From a virus (Duplodnaviria > Caudoviricetes), in the IMG/VR virus record IMGVR_UViG_3300031760_000048, positions 4,018-68,017 of that record: a stretch of DNA of 64,000 nucleotides. One strand, written 5' to 3'. The notes beneath the pieces were generated by a model that was given only the letters and a program-made list of their open reading frames with translations, was not told the origin of the DNA and searched no databases. A program made the translations under genes and the position numbers. Shown one piece after another: positions 7,621-16,631 of the stretch. Position 1 is the first letter of the stretch; each line of letters opens with the position of its first letter.

Positions 7621-9618
7621 TTATAGCGGATAGTTGTTTATATGCTTTGCGAAACATTCGTCATCGGTAGGAGGGATGAAGCTTGGGTCTTTCAGGGAGA
7701 ATCTTATGCCTCTCTCCACCGCCTTTACCTGTTCGCTGTCTCCTTCCACGGCTTCTTTGCCTATCAGTTCCTCCAGCGGAGTTCTGTGGTCCTTGAAGTC
7801 GGTTGAGCGCTGTCGGTTGTGGAGGATTATGCCGCGTATCATATCCCAGAGGAAGCCGTTTACGTCGAAATCGTAGTTGTGAACTATGTTTCTCGTAATC
7901 AGCTCGATGTCCTCCCTCGTAAGCTGGAGTTTATAGTCCTCTACGACATCCATCAGCATAGTCATCATCTTCTCGGTGTCCCAGAATACGGTCTTCGGGT
8001 CCTGCATCTCGGCGCTTTTCTTCATGTATTCTTGGAGGCATACGGGAAACATCTCAGCCTCAGTGAGTTCCACGTTTTCGTCGTAGGCTTTCTCCCATAT
8101 CTTCTGTACGTCTGGCAGGTGTCTGTCGGGCATAGCCGGATGGTGTTCGGTTAGGACGCATGTGTATTTCTCCTGAAAAGCGTTAATCAGGCTGGTCTTG
8201 CGGTCTTTCTCAGCCTTTTCCTCAGCGACCTTGGATTCTCTCTCGAACGCCTCGCGGAAGCATTTCTCAGCGTCCTCGATGGTCCTGTCGTAGTCTGGAT
8301 TCTTGGTTCCGTCAGCCATGTAGCGGAAGTCTCCGATTCTGTCCTTCGAGATATAGCGGACGATCTTCCCTTCTTCAGTGATACCCATTCGGAAGTTGAA
8401 AATATCCTCTACGTCGGCTGGCACGATTGCGTCGAAAAGGTTCTGTCTCAGTATCTTACCGATGGTGTTGCGGTATTCGACCTGTTCAATCCAGCGGCAG
8501 TCTTCCCAGTCTTCCTCTTCGTCAGGCTCTTCGTCGAGGTGCGCGAGGTAGGCGAAGTTGCCCCAGACGTTGTAGATGAGCTGGGACATTACGGGAGCGT
8601 CGGTGGATTCGCCTTCGGCATACATCCTGTCTATCTCCGTTTCCAGAAGCGCGTCGTATATCGGGTCGTTTTCAGGGTGGCGCTCGTCGTGGTCTCCTAT
8701 GATGTAGATGGTTCCAAAGTCATCGTGCTCGTAAGTCTCGCAACCGTCGCAACCCTCTGGTATGTCGTGCTTTGTCTTGTTTTTGTTGCGATAGTTTTCA
8801 CTCTCAGGGGTCCAGCCGACGATGGCGTTGAACATTGCGTCCCTTGGGTCTTCAGGAGCATCGTCAGGGATTCCCAGACGGCGCTTGTCCTTCATCTTCT
8901 TCTTAGGCTTGGCAGGGCTTTGTTCATCATTGTCCTCGCTATCGTCAGGCTCGTCTGTGACAACATCTACTTCGCCGTCTTTAATGCTAATCTCTTTGGC
9001 TTCCTGATTAACTGGCGCAGGGACAGGCGCGTATCCGGGAAAGCAAGAGTGAACAAGTTCCGTTACTTGGTCATAAATCTTGTCCATGTTCGCATTTATC
9101 TGATTTTGCTGTTCCAGAATCTTATTAAGTGTCTCGCTTTCAACCGCTTCCGTCACGCCAGATGTTATTACGATTCCGTCCACATTGTCAGACAGGGAGT
9201 ATACGGAAGGTCGTTGTCCCGGAATGTTCCTCAGCTCGTTCAACTCTCCGTCAGAAAGAGAGGATAATGCGCGCGCTGCTGATTCATTCTGGCAAGGAAC
9301 ACACATCCCGTAGACCGCTCCTACGCCAGCAGTAGAGAGTTCGTCGAAGAGGTTCTTGGCAAATTCAAATTCTTCCCAGTTGATAGAGATGGATTTGCCC
9401 TGTACCGTAATCAGATTGAGAGCCTGAAGATAAGAAATGCGCGCGTTGACGTGATTTCTGTGTATCTTTAAAATCTCATGAAGTGTAGCCTTGGGCAAAG
9501 TGTCGGTTTTTTCTTCTTGCATTTTTAGCAAGAGGCGAATAACAGTGTTTAAAGCTTTGTCACCTCCAATCTGCCATGTAATACTGGCGATTGCTGAATT
9601 AGAAATTTTTTTGTTCAT
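7621..9618 (-). CDS. putative replication initiator / DNA-binding protein (start at MNKKISN, 665 aa)
   Basis: N-terminal winged-HTH-like segment (LHEILKIHRNHVNARISYLQALNLITVQGKSISIN) and acidic remainder; the 83 extra upstream codons are only the repeat array. Confidence 0.55.
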   Translation of the reverse strand: MNKKISNSAIASITWQIGGDKALNTVIRLLLKMQEEKTDTLPKATLHEILKIHRNHVNARISYLQALNLITVQGKSISINWEEFEFAKNLFDELSTAGVGAVYGMCVPCQNESAARALSSLSDGELNELRNIPGQRPSVYSLSDNVDGIVITSGVTEAVESETLNKILEQQNQINANMDKIYDQVTELVHSCFPGYAPVPAPVNQEAKEISIKDGEVDVVTDEPDDSEDNDEQSPAKPKKKMKDKRRLGIPDDAPEDPRDAMFNAIVGWTPESENYRNKNKTKHDIPEGCDGCETYEHDDFGTIYIIGDHDERHPENDPIYDALLETEIDRMYAEGESTDAPVMSQLIYNVWGNFAYLAHLDEEPDEEEDWEDCRWIEQVEYRNTIGKILRQNLFDAIVPADVEDIFNFRMGITEEGKIVRYISKDRIGDFRYMADGTKNPDYDRTIEDAEKCFREAFERESKVAEEKAEKDRKTSLINAFQEKYTCVLTEHHPAMPDRHLPDVQKIWEKAYDENVELTEAEMFPVCLQEYMKKSAEMQDPKTVFWDTEKMMTMLMDVVEDYKLQLTREDIELITRNIVHNYDFDVNGFLWDMIRGIILHNRQRSTDFKDHRTPLEELIGKEAVEGDSEQVKAVERGIRFSLKDPSFIPPTDDECFAKHINNYPL

Positions 9619-9636
9619 GTAAAATAAAATTAAGTT

Positions 9637-9972
9637 TGCAACTAAAAGGTTGCATATTTGCAACCAAAACGGTGCAAAGTTAAGATAAAGATTTGAAAGA
9701 TGCAACGAAAAGGTTGCAAAAATGCAACCTAAAAGTAGCATAAATGCAATAAAATGTTGCATTACTTCAAGATTTGCACCGAAAAGGTTGCATATTTGCA
9801 ACGTAAAAGTAGCATAATCTAAAAGATGCAACGTAAAAGTAGCAATAATGCACCGAAAAGGTTGCATTGCTTAAAAAGACTGCAACCTAAAAGCAGCAAA
9901 ATTGCAACAAAATGTTGCATTGTTTAAATAGGTGCAACAAAAAGGTTGCATTTCTGCAACCTAAAAGTAGCA
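9637..9972. repeat. array of 13 imperfect palindromes TGCAAC-N5/6-GTTGCA (iteron- or centromere-like)
   Basis: units start at 9637, 9659, 9701, 9723, 9745, 9775, 9797, 9827, 9849, 9881, 9903, 9933, 9955. Confidence 0.9.
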
Positions 9973-10120
9973 TTACTGTCCAACGACTGATTTCGTTACA
10001 TCCAGTCATTGAACAGTTGCTTGCTACATCACCAAAACTCACAAAAATGCTGTTTAACATATATTCTTAAACGCAATGATAGTGTTATGTTATATCATAT
10101 TTGTTTGTGTTATTAACGGA

Positions 10121-10152
10121 GGGCTGACGCTGTGAAGCGTCGGTCTTTTTTT
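10121..10152 (+). terminator. intrinsic terminator on the plus strand (opposite to local genes)
   Basis: GGGCTGACGCT-GTGA-AGCGTCGGTCT then a T run; the G-U pairs only work in plus-strand RNA. Confidence 0.55.
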
Positions 10153-10156
10153 GTTC

Positions 10157-10546
10157 TTATCCTTCCAGTTGCTTTCGAGCTTCCTGAGTAATATACCTTT
10201 TTGCGCAGTGAGATTTTATCCTTTCATACGCATCAGCTTTCACATATATCAGCTGCTTAACTCCGCCGTCACACGAAACGACTTTCTTAAAGCCTTTCTG
10301 CTTGGCGAATCTTCCAACCCTGACGTTTGTCGGAATGAATCCTGTTTCGTTGTGGCATAGATTCTTCATCTGGCGTATCGTGTAGATGTTTCGGTATTTA
10401 CTTTGTAACTCGGCAATCTGCTGGTCACAGTTCTTTATTTGCTCCGACAAGATTTCTTGGTCGTGCGTGTACTTGGCTCGTCTGAGACATTTCTCCAGAT
10501 AAGCCTTGTGGTCCTGTAATAGTTGTACGATTAACTCTTTGTCCAT
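10157..10546 (-). CDS. hypothetical protein
   Basis: 129 aa ORF overlapping the stop of the upstream gene. Confidence 0.65.
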   Translation of the reverse strand: MDKELIVQLLQDHKAYLEKCLRRAKYTHDQEILSEQIKNCDQQIAELQSKYRNIYTIRQMKNLCHNETGFIPTNVRVGRFAKQKGFKKVVSCDGGVKQLIYVKADAYERIKSHCAKRYITQEARKQLEG

Positions 10547-11082
10547 TGGTTCTGAATTTTGCGGTGTATTTCTTTCCAGTCTACTGTAATGCCTGTTTCT
10601 CTGAGAGTCATAGCCGCGATGATTTTTGCCAGAGATTCGGAATCGGTAGATTGCAGGATTTCGTGAGGGGCTACTCCAGAATGATTTGAAATATCCTGAA
10701 TATAATCCTGTGTGTTGTTCTCACATGGCGGTGCGAATCGGTATGCGATTTTTGTCAGTGTGTTGCAGTCATACTTACGGATGTAATTTTTCAGTAAGAT
10801 GTATGCAGCTCTGTATCCGTTGTCATGTGAGTCGAACTTGACAAAACCCTTTTCTTTTCCAGTTTGTCCCTTCCATGAATTTGTCGGGCTGTATCTGATG
10901 TTCACAGGATTGTTCAGGCTTACTCCCATAATTGTGGAATCTGAGATAGCGTGCCCTATCTCTGCACACGGTGATTCTTTAGGCGGACTGATGTATTTCA
11001 GTCTGTTTGCTATCTCCCCGGCTTCTGTCGAAACAGAAGCGAGGAGCGCTATTGCTAAAAGTCTTGTTGTCATTTGAGTCAT
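10531..11082 (-). CDS. lysozyme-like / PM2 P5-type protein with signal peptide
   Basis: NNPVNIR...GFVKF...GYRA...RFAPPCENNTQDYI matches the NNPGNIR...WAPxxENNT family; hydrophobic N-terminus. Confidence 0.7.
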   Translation of the reverse strand: MTQMTTRLLAIALLASVSTEAGEIANRLKYISPPKESPCAEIGHAISDSTIMGVSLNNPVNIRYSPTNSWKGQTGKEKGFVKFDSHDNGYRAAYILLKNYIRKYDCNTLTKIAYRFAPPCENNTQDYIQDISNHSGVAPHEILQSTDSESLAKIIAAMTLRETGITVDWKEIHRKIQNQWTKS

Positions 11083-11083
11083 G

Positions 11084-11863
11084 TTAAAGTTTTCGTAATG
11101 CGGTTCCGTTGCCCTTCAGGGTTGCCGGATTTTTATTCACGATGCTGGTGATAGCGATGTCGTATTGCAGTGGGTCAGTCGGACTTAGGCTGTAATAGAA
11201 GTCTGTCAGCTCTAATACTGCTTTCCATGTGAAGTTGGGGTATGACACGATTGCGTTTTCTTTTGCAAAGTTATACACCGGACCACTGAGAATACCATAA
11301 AGCTCTGATGCCCTGTTTCCCCATAGGTCGAAATCCATATCCTTTCCCCTGCTCATCCAGCGTAAAAGCTGGCATATTCTCATGCAGGCATTGTTGGTGT
11401 TCGGGTTTCCGCCGTTGACTGGCGCATAGAGCTGGCACAAAGTCAGGAACAGCCTGTCGGTACTTGTTCTGTTCCTGTGGGCTTTCAAAAAGTCGGTGAT
11501 GCTGATGTGCATTGTGTAGAGCTGTCTGACATCCATCAGGAAGGTCTTAATCATCTTGCCTTTGATGGTACGGTAGATGTTCTGGTCATCCTTAAAGTCC
11601 AAGAACCCGGCGTGAGTTATCCAGTAATACGGGTCGTTTTGGGTAAACTCCATCATCATTCTGGATATATTCTTTTGCGCTTCCGGAACTCCCCAAGCTA
11701 CGACCGACAGTAATACTGCAGCGGCTTCTATATCCTTATAGGTGGAGCCAGTCGATTGGGCTATCGTTAATATTTCCTTCATCGGTGAATTTCCCAAGTA
11801 AGCCGTTTTGTCGAACTGGCTTAACGCGAGGTTTAATTTCTGCTGTAATTTTTTGTTTGCCAT
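11084..11863 (-). CDS. DUF2400 / TIGR02757-like protein (start at MANKKLQ)
   Basis: NACMRICQLLRWMSR..DFDLWG and DPLQYD resemble the SACKRLNMFLRWMVR..DFGLW and DPxKYD motifs. Confidence 0.65.
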   Translation of the reverse strand: MANKKLQQKLNLALSQFDKTAYLGNSPMKEILTIAQSTGSTYKDIEAAAVLLSVVAWGVPEAQKNISRMMMEFTQNDPYYWITHAGFLDFKDDQNIYRTIKGKMIKTFLMDVRQLYTMHISITDFLKAHRNRTSTDRLFLTLCQLYAPVNGGNPNTNNACMRICQLLRWMSRGKDMDFDLWGNRASELYGILSGPVYNFAKENAIVSYPNFTWKAVLELTDFYYSLSPTDPLQYDIAITSIVNKNPATLKGNGTALRKL

Positions 11864-12434
11864 ATTGCTGTTGAAGTTTATCGATAAATTGCGGGCAACA
11901 TTCGTCGCCGATACAATGTGATTTTGGAACTGTGTTAAATGGAGTCTCTTCAGCTTCGCAATTATATCTGAGACATCTATATCTGTCATAGCATCCTTGG
12001 GCGTAGCACACAAAATTGTCTGCCGTGAGCTTTATGAATGTTCTCAGAGTAATGAAGATTGCATTATCTGGAAGCCTCTCTTTGAATTGAGGCGGGACCT
12101 TGCCTATTCTCACCAGATGGTTCGTGCATACCATTCTTTTAGTTTTGAGAATGATAGCATAGAATGTCTTACCGTTATAAGTGTTACATAGACATTCATC
12201 TTTGAGAGCTTTGGGTTTTGCCATGTAGCATATCCCGTCTACTATCAGGAATGTGGCTCTATCCATTGAGCATATTTTCTCCCAGTATGCGCAAGTATAG
12301 CATAGCTGATGCTCTTTAGCGTAGGCGTATATCTCGCCTTTTGCCGTAGGTTCAACGGATTCTTTTTTGCCACAACATTTACAAACGTAAGTTACTGCTC
12401 GCAGTACCTTAACAAATGCCGGATCGATTAACAT
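11736..12434 (-). CDS. Cys-rich putative zinc-binding protein
   Basis: CKCC, CYTC and C-x4-C-x5-C clusters. Confidence 0.6.
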   Translation of the reverse strand: MLIDPAFVKVLRAVTYVCKCCGKKESVEPTAKGEIYAYAKEHQLCYTCAYWEKICSMDRATFLIVDGICYMAKPKALKDECLCNTYNGKTFYAIILKTKRMVCTNHLVRIGKVPPQFKERLPDNAIFITLRTFIKLTADNFVCYAQGCYDRYRCLRYNCEAEETPFNTVPKSHCIGDECCPQFIDKLQQQYGKQKITAEIKPRVKPVRQNGLLGKFTDEGNINDSPIDWLHL

Positions 12435-12435
12435 A

Positions 12436-13023
12436 TTAGAAACTGATTGTATTATAGATTTCTACTATTTCATCCTGCTGAAGTCCAATGTATGCCTTGG
12501 TGATACTGATGCTGGTATGCTTAAAGATACTGTTCAGTAGGACGAGAGCCTGTGTCTTGTCTTTGTATGAATCATAGACATATCGACCGAAAGCCTTACG
12601 GAACGAGTGGGTCGAGAAGTTTTCCACTTTGATGTTGTATCTCTCTTTCCATCTTTTAATCTCCTGATTCACATACTGGATGGTAAAGTGCTTCTTAGTA
12701 CGGTTGCTGTAAAAGATGCACTGACTTGGCTCTGGGCATCCAAGGAGGGTGTATAGCTGGGTGATGTGCTTCTGGGCTACATCTGGAATGAGGATGCTTC
12801 TGGTTTTACCAGTCTTTTGCTCTGTTTTGACAAAAGACGAGCGATGTAGTATGTCACTCCAGCAAAGTGTGAGAACGTCGGATGAACGCAGCGCTGAGTA
12901 AAATGATACACGCGCATATAGCTCCCACAAATATTTTTTGTCTTTATGAAGACAATCAAACAGTTTTTTCAGCTCCTTAACTGGGATGTAATCTGCTTTG
13001 GTCAATTGATTTTTCTGTGCCAT
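12436..13023 (-). CDS. compact tyrosine recombinase (catalytic domain only)
   Basis: LRSSDVL (R), EQKTGK (K), THSFRK (HxxR), FKH (H), TKAYIG (Y). Confidence 0.92.
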   Translation of the reverse strand: MAQKNQLTKADYIPVKELKKLFDCLHKDKKYLWELYARVSFYSALRSSDVLTLCWSDILHRSSFVKTEQKTGKTRSILIPDVAQKHITQLYTLLGCPEPSQCIFYSNRTKKHFTIQYVNQEIKRWKERYNIKVENFSTHSFRKAFGRYVYDSYKDKTQALVLLNSIFKHTSISITKAYIGLQQDEIVEIYNTISF

Positions 13024-13051
13024 TGTTATTTTTTGTTTTATGTTTACGATG

Positions 13052-13059
13052 CAAAGATA
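13052..13059 (-). promoter_or_regulatory. -7 promoter box upstream of the recombinase
   Basis: TATCTTTG on the minus strand about 30 nt before the ATG. Confidence 0.5.
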
Positions 13060-13204
13060 TATAATTTTTTCTTAGTTTCACTATTATTAGAGAAAAATTT
13101 ATCACATTTTTATCGCTTCTATATATATGTATTTGATTTTGTGTGAGTTATAAATTGTTAAAAAAAGTTAACAGTTTCAGTTTCATTGAGAATGAGATAA
13201 TAAA

Positions 13205-13226
13205 ATAGGAGGCTTTCGCCTCCTAT
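13205..13226 (-). terminator. terminator after dUTPase
   Basis: ATAGGAGGC/GCCTCCTAT stem, T-rich tail on the minus strand. Confidence 0.65.
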
Positions 13227-13233
13227 CCTATCG

Positions 13234-13674
13234 TTATTTACCAGTATGTCCGAAGCCGCCGCTTCCTCTGTCTGTTTCACCTAACTCCTCCTGAGAATCA
13301 CAAGATGCCCAGCATACTCGCTCATATTTAGCGATAACCATTTGGGCGATGCGGTCTCCCGGATTGATTTTGAATGGAGTATCGCTCGCATTGAACAGAA
13401 TTACTCCTATTTCACCTCTGTAGTCGGCATCGATTGTGCCCGGCGAGTTAAGCACGGTAATACCATTTTTCAGTGCCATTCCTGAGCGTGGTCTTACTTG
13501 TGCTTCATAGCCGTTAGGCAGGGCTATAAACAAGCCTGTCGGAACAAGCATACGCTCCATTGGAGCCAATGTCAAAGGTGTGCTGATGTCTGCACGAAGG
13601 TCTACTCCTGCGCTATTCTCAGTAGCGTAATAAGGCAGTGGATTGCCTGATTTGTTAAATACTTTTACTTCCAT
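13234..13674 (-). CDS. dut: trimeric dUTPase
   Basis: [37 protein letters not shown] motifs. Confidence 0.97.
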   Translation of the reverse strand: MEVKVFNKSGNPLPYYATENSAGVDLRADISTPLTLAPMERMLVPTGLFIALPNGYEAQVRPRSGMALKNGITVLNSPGTIDADYRGEIGVILFNASDTPFKINPGDRIAQMVIAKYERVCWASCDSQEELGETDRGSGGFGHTGK

Positions 13675-14005
13675 CGATGTTTACAAGTTGATATTTTTTT
13701 GTTGCTTTTCTTCTGTTTCTTTTGACCTTGTTGGTCTTATAATATCTGAACTCATCGTTACCACAAGCCTTGTCATACTCTTTTAGAGTTAAGACGCCGA
13801 GGTCTGACGGTTCGATGGTGATATTAGGGTCTGCATAGCGATAGTAGTGTCCTTTGTAGGATACAATTTCGCCAGTGCAAGCGCGTGAAACAACTGACGC
13901 TGGAATTTCAAGATGGCGTAGAGCGTTCAGTGAATTTGCTATCATTACAAGCTTCTGATAGCGGTTAAACAGTAGGACCTGTTTCGCCTGTCTGATTAGT
14001 GGCAT
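13655..14005 (-). CDS. hypothetical DNA-binding protein (NUMOD1/HTH-like)
   Basis: SLNAL...[10 protein letters not shown]...YKGHYYRY pattern. Confidence 0.5.
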   Translation of the reverse strand: MPLIRQAKQVLLFNRYQKLVMIANSLNALRHLEIPASVVSRACTGEIVSYKGHYYRYADPNITIEPSDLGVLTLKEYDKACGNDEFRYYKTNKVKRNRRKATKKYQLVNIDGSKSI

Positions 14006-14450
14006 TTTCTGTGTCTTTTAAAAGTTGTTCTAAAACTGATTTGGGTATCTTCTCCTTGATGATTCTAATGATGGTTTCATCCGACAGCACATATCCAGTC
14101 GTGAATAGCTCTTCCAAGACGTACATTGCATATAGCAAAAACTCCTTGTTAAACCACATTAGAAACAGATACTTTAACTCTCCTCTGATAAGGATATGAC
14201 CTTGATTGTTCTGAAAAGCTAAATCGGCATTGTCAATCTTGTATGCCTCGCATATTTGCTGGACGATTGGCTTTAGCTTTTGGAAGAACATGGTTACCTC
14301 TTTTTTATCGTCTTGTCCTTCCAGATAATGAGTGGCATCAAAATACCACATTGTACTGGAAGGATTAGTGAAGAGTAGCGTTGGAATTGCTTCGAAAAAT
14401 GCTTCTTTAGCAATCAACTGTTCTCGGCATTGCTCTTTGTTAGTGTCCAT
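13965..14450 (-). CDS. hypothetical protein, possibly KilA-N-like
   Basis: WYFDATHYL motif; operonic overlap with neighbours. Confidence 0.5.
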   Translation of the reverse strand: MDTNKEQCREQLIAKEAFFEAIPTLLFTNPSSTMWYFDATHYLEGQDDKKEVTMFFQKLKPIVQQICEAYKIDNADLAFQNNQGHILIRGELKYLFLMWFNKEFLLYAMYVLEELFTTGYVLSDETIIRIIKEKIPKSVLEQLLKDTENATNQTGETGPTV

Positions 14451-14976
14451 TATTTAGATATGAAGTATAACGGGCAATATCTGTGTAAATCGATGTTGCC
14501 TTGTCGTATTTGACATTTCTAATGCAATAGTCAGTGATTGAGCTTTTCAAGTATTCTTTGATACAAGAGATAGCCTTCGCTGGTGATTCGGCTGGAACAT
14601 AAATGGTGTTTCTAACCTTCTTTACCTTGCCTTTCTCGTTGACAGTATTAAAGAATACATCTACTGAATACAACGCAGCATCTGTATCACCTTCAAAAAA
14701 GAACTCAACCGTACTTGCAAGCGTGCCGCTATTCTGAACAGCACACATCGTACTGTTAAATACGATTTCAGAAACCTTGGTCTTTACAATCTCATAGCTG
14801 AGGTTGTTTGCGTCGAACTGCATACGATCACTCAGCAATTCATTAACGATGAGTTCGGCTTCGCTGTAATTTACTGCCAGTACAAGCACTTCTTCCTTCT
14901 TCATCTCCAGATTGCCCTTTTCTCCTTCGCCGAGATAAGACAATTTCAAACGATAATAATTCTTTTGTTCAATCAT
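14440..14976 (-). CDS. DUF4494-family protein (start at MIEQKNY)
   Basis: KKEEVLVLAVNYSEAE and NEKGKVKK...IYVPA repeated-domain pattern. Confidence 0.65.
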   Translation of the reverse strand: MIEQKNYYRLKLSYLGEGEKGNLEMKKEEVLVLAVNYSEAELIVNELLSDRMQFDANNLSYEIVKTKVSEIVFNSTMCAVQNSGTLASTVEFFFEGDTDAALYSVDVFFNTVNEKGKVKKVRNTIYVPAESPAKAISCIKEYLKSSITDYCIRNVKYDKATSIYTDIARYTSYLNNGH

Positions 14977-15006
14977 ATTGTATGTGTTAAAAGTTTGTAT
15001 CGGTTG

Positions 15007-15038
15007 CAAAAGTAGTAAAAAATAAATGTAATAGCAAA
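15007..15038 (-). promoter_or_regulatory. Bacteroidota housekeeping promoter for the leftward block
   Basis: minus strand TTTG-N20-TACTTTTG. Confidence 0.65.
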
Positions 15039-15200
15039 TTTTTTTATTGATTTAATACATATAAAAATGCTATTTACCTGTTTTAACGCATTTTACGAGT
15101 GTTTATTGGAATAGGAAAAATTTTTTCTGTTGTAACATAAGCGCATTTTGAATAAATTACAATGTACATATAATATTCAGATAATAAAAAGAGGTAAAGT

Positions 15201-15208
15201 CTATTCTT
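15201..15208 (+). promoter_or_regulatory. putative late promoter motif CTATTCTT (also at 18801, 23527, 24272, 33250, 37830, 61613)
   Basis: identical octamer 22-34 nt upstream of the ATG of structural genes. Confidence 0.7.
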
Positions 15209-15224
15209 TGAAAAATTAAACATA

Positions 15225-16631
15225 ATGGAATCACCGTTAATAAATCAAGATAGTAGACAATATTTTGATGGTCAGTTATTACAGTCTATTTTTAGGACCA
15301 GTAAGAAGACCATCCAAGAATATGTTTGGGAATTATACAGACATAACCAATATAAAACTATCAATTCGCAGGCTGGGGTGACATACGTTGCCGATGACCG
15401 GTCCTCATTGATTGATTTGTATGATGCTTGTGTGCAGCAAGACGCTCATTTGCAGGGTGTCTTGGATACTGTGGATTCTCAGGTTGTTGGCGAAAGATAT
15501 ATGCTGGCAAGGATAAATGAAGGCGGTAAATATATCAAGGATGTAGAAGCTACTAAGAAGATTCAGGGTACGCAGTTTGAAAAGCTTATTCGTGGAATCA
15601 TTGAAGCAAAGTGGTATGGCTATACTTTGATTGAAATTTGTCCTGACATCAATCCCTTGACTGGTAAGTTGGCGGAAATAAACATCGTAGAGCGTCGAAA
15701 CGTACTCCCTTCTCAGAAAGCGGTCGTATTGAGACAGGGTGAGTATTATCCGCATTGGGATTTGACGGCAGACGGCTACAAAGACAGATATGTCTTGATA
15801 GATAATGGTGATTTGGGCAAATTTGCAGCAACCACCCCATTGATTTTGGCAAAGAAATTTACGCTTGCTAATTATGTAAATTTCTCGCATACTTATGGAC
15901 AGCCGATTATACATGGCAAATCTGAGAGCGAAAGCACCAGTGACAGAAACAAGCTTGCCAATGAAATTGCCAGTGCCGCACAGAATAAGATTATCGTAAC
16001 AGGTTTGAATGATGATATAGACATTAAGACTTTTGCTGCGTCAAATTCAGAGCATATATACACATCTTTGATAGATGTTACGAATAAAGAGGTGTCTAAC
16101 CTTATTGTAGGTTCTGGTAGTATGGCTGGTGAGCAGCAATCGTATGTAGGTTCTACCGCTGCCCATCAGGATATTTTCCGCGAGCGTATTGATAATTATC
16201 GAAATTTTGTGGAAAATCAGATGAATGAGGAAGTTATCCCTCGCTTGGTAAAAATGGGGTATCTTTCAGAAGGACTGGTATTCAAGTATGCTGCGCGCGC
16301 TGAAATGTCTAATAAGGATAAGATTGCTCTCTACAATTTCCTGAGTAGTAGATATGAGATTACGGCTGAAGAAATTGAAAAGGAGTTCGGCGTGGTAGTA
16401 GGACAACAGCTTAATGCGGAACAGGTGAAGATGCAGATTGCTGCAAGTCAGGCAGCAATGGCAGGTGCTGGTGGTCGTGGAAGTGGTAATGTCGGACGTA
16501 ATCCGCACGATAATGGTTTGATGTCTGACCAAGAGTATTATTTGCGCTATGGTCATGAGCGCGGAACGACTAAGCGTAAATTACAAAGCGGTCAGGGGGC
16601 AATAACAAATTTTTTGAAGGAAGGGGATTAG
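15225..16631 (+). CDS. portal protein (Mu gp29/DUF935-like)
   Basis: LYD...DAHL, A.WYGYTLIE, F...YGQP...GK, A..HQDI motifs; first gene of the head operon. Confidence 0.88.
   Translation: MESPLINQDSRQYFDGQLLQSIFRTSKKTIQEYVWELYRHNQYKTINSQAGVTYVADDRSSLIDLYDACVQQDAHLQGVLDTVDSQVVGERYMLARINEGGKYIKDVEATKKIQGTQFEKLIRGIIEAKWYGYTLIEICPDINPLTGKLAEINIVERRNVLPSQKAVVLRQGEYYPHWDLTADGYKDRYVLIDNGDLGKFAATTPLILAKKFTLANYVNFSHTYGQPIIHGKSESESTSDRNKLANEIASAAQNKIIVTGLNDDIDIKTFAASNSEHIYTSLIDVTNKEVSNLIVGSGSMAGEQQSYVGSTAAHQDIFRERIDNYRNFVENQMNEEVIPRLVKMGYLSEGLVFKYAARAEMSNKDKIALYNFLSSRYEITAEEIEKEFGVVVGQQLNAEQVKMQIAASQAAMAGAGGRGSGNVGRNPHDNGLMSDQEYYLRYGHERGTTKRKLQSGQGAITNFLKEGD

Noticed and set aside
7634-9335. Plus-strand ORFs opposite the rep-like gene (and similar antisense ORFs elsewhere)
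   Set aside because: Shadow frames of real genes, with no motifs or expression signals.
9619-9867. 83-aa N-terminal extension of the 748-aa ORF
   Set aside because: It is just the translated repeat array; the ATG at 9618 has a normal leader.
9637-9972. CRISPR array
   Set aside because: Repeats are 17-18 bp and degenerate, gaps are only 4-24 bp, and there are no cas genes; it fits protein-binding boxes better.
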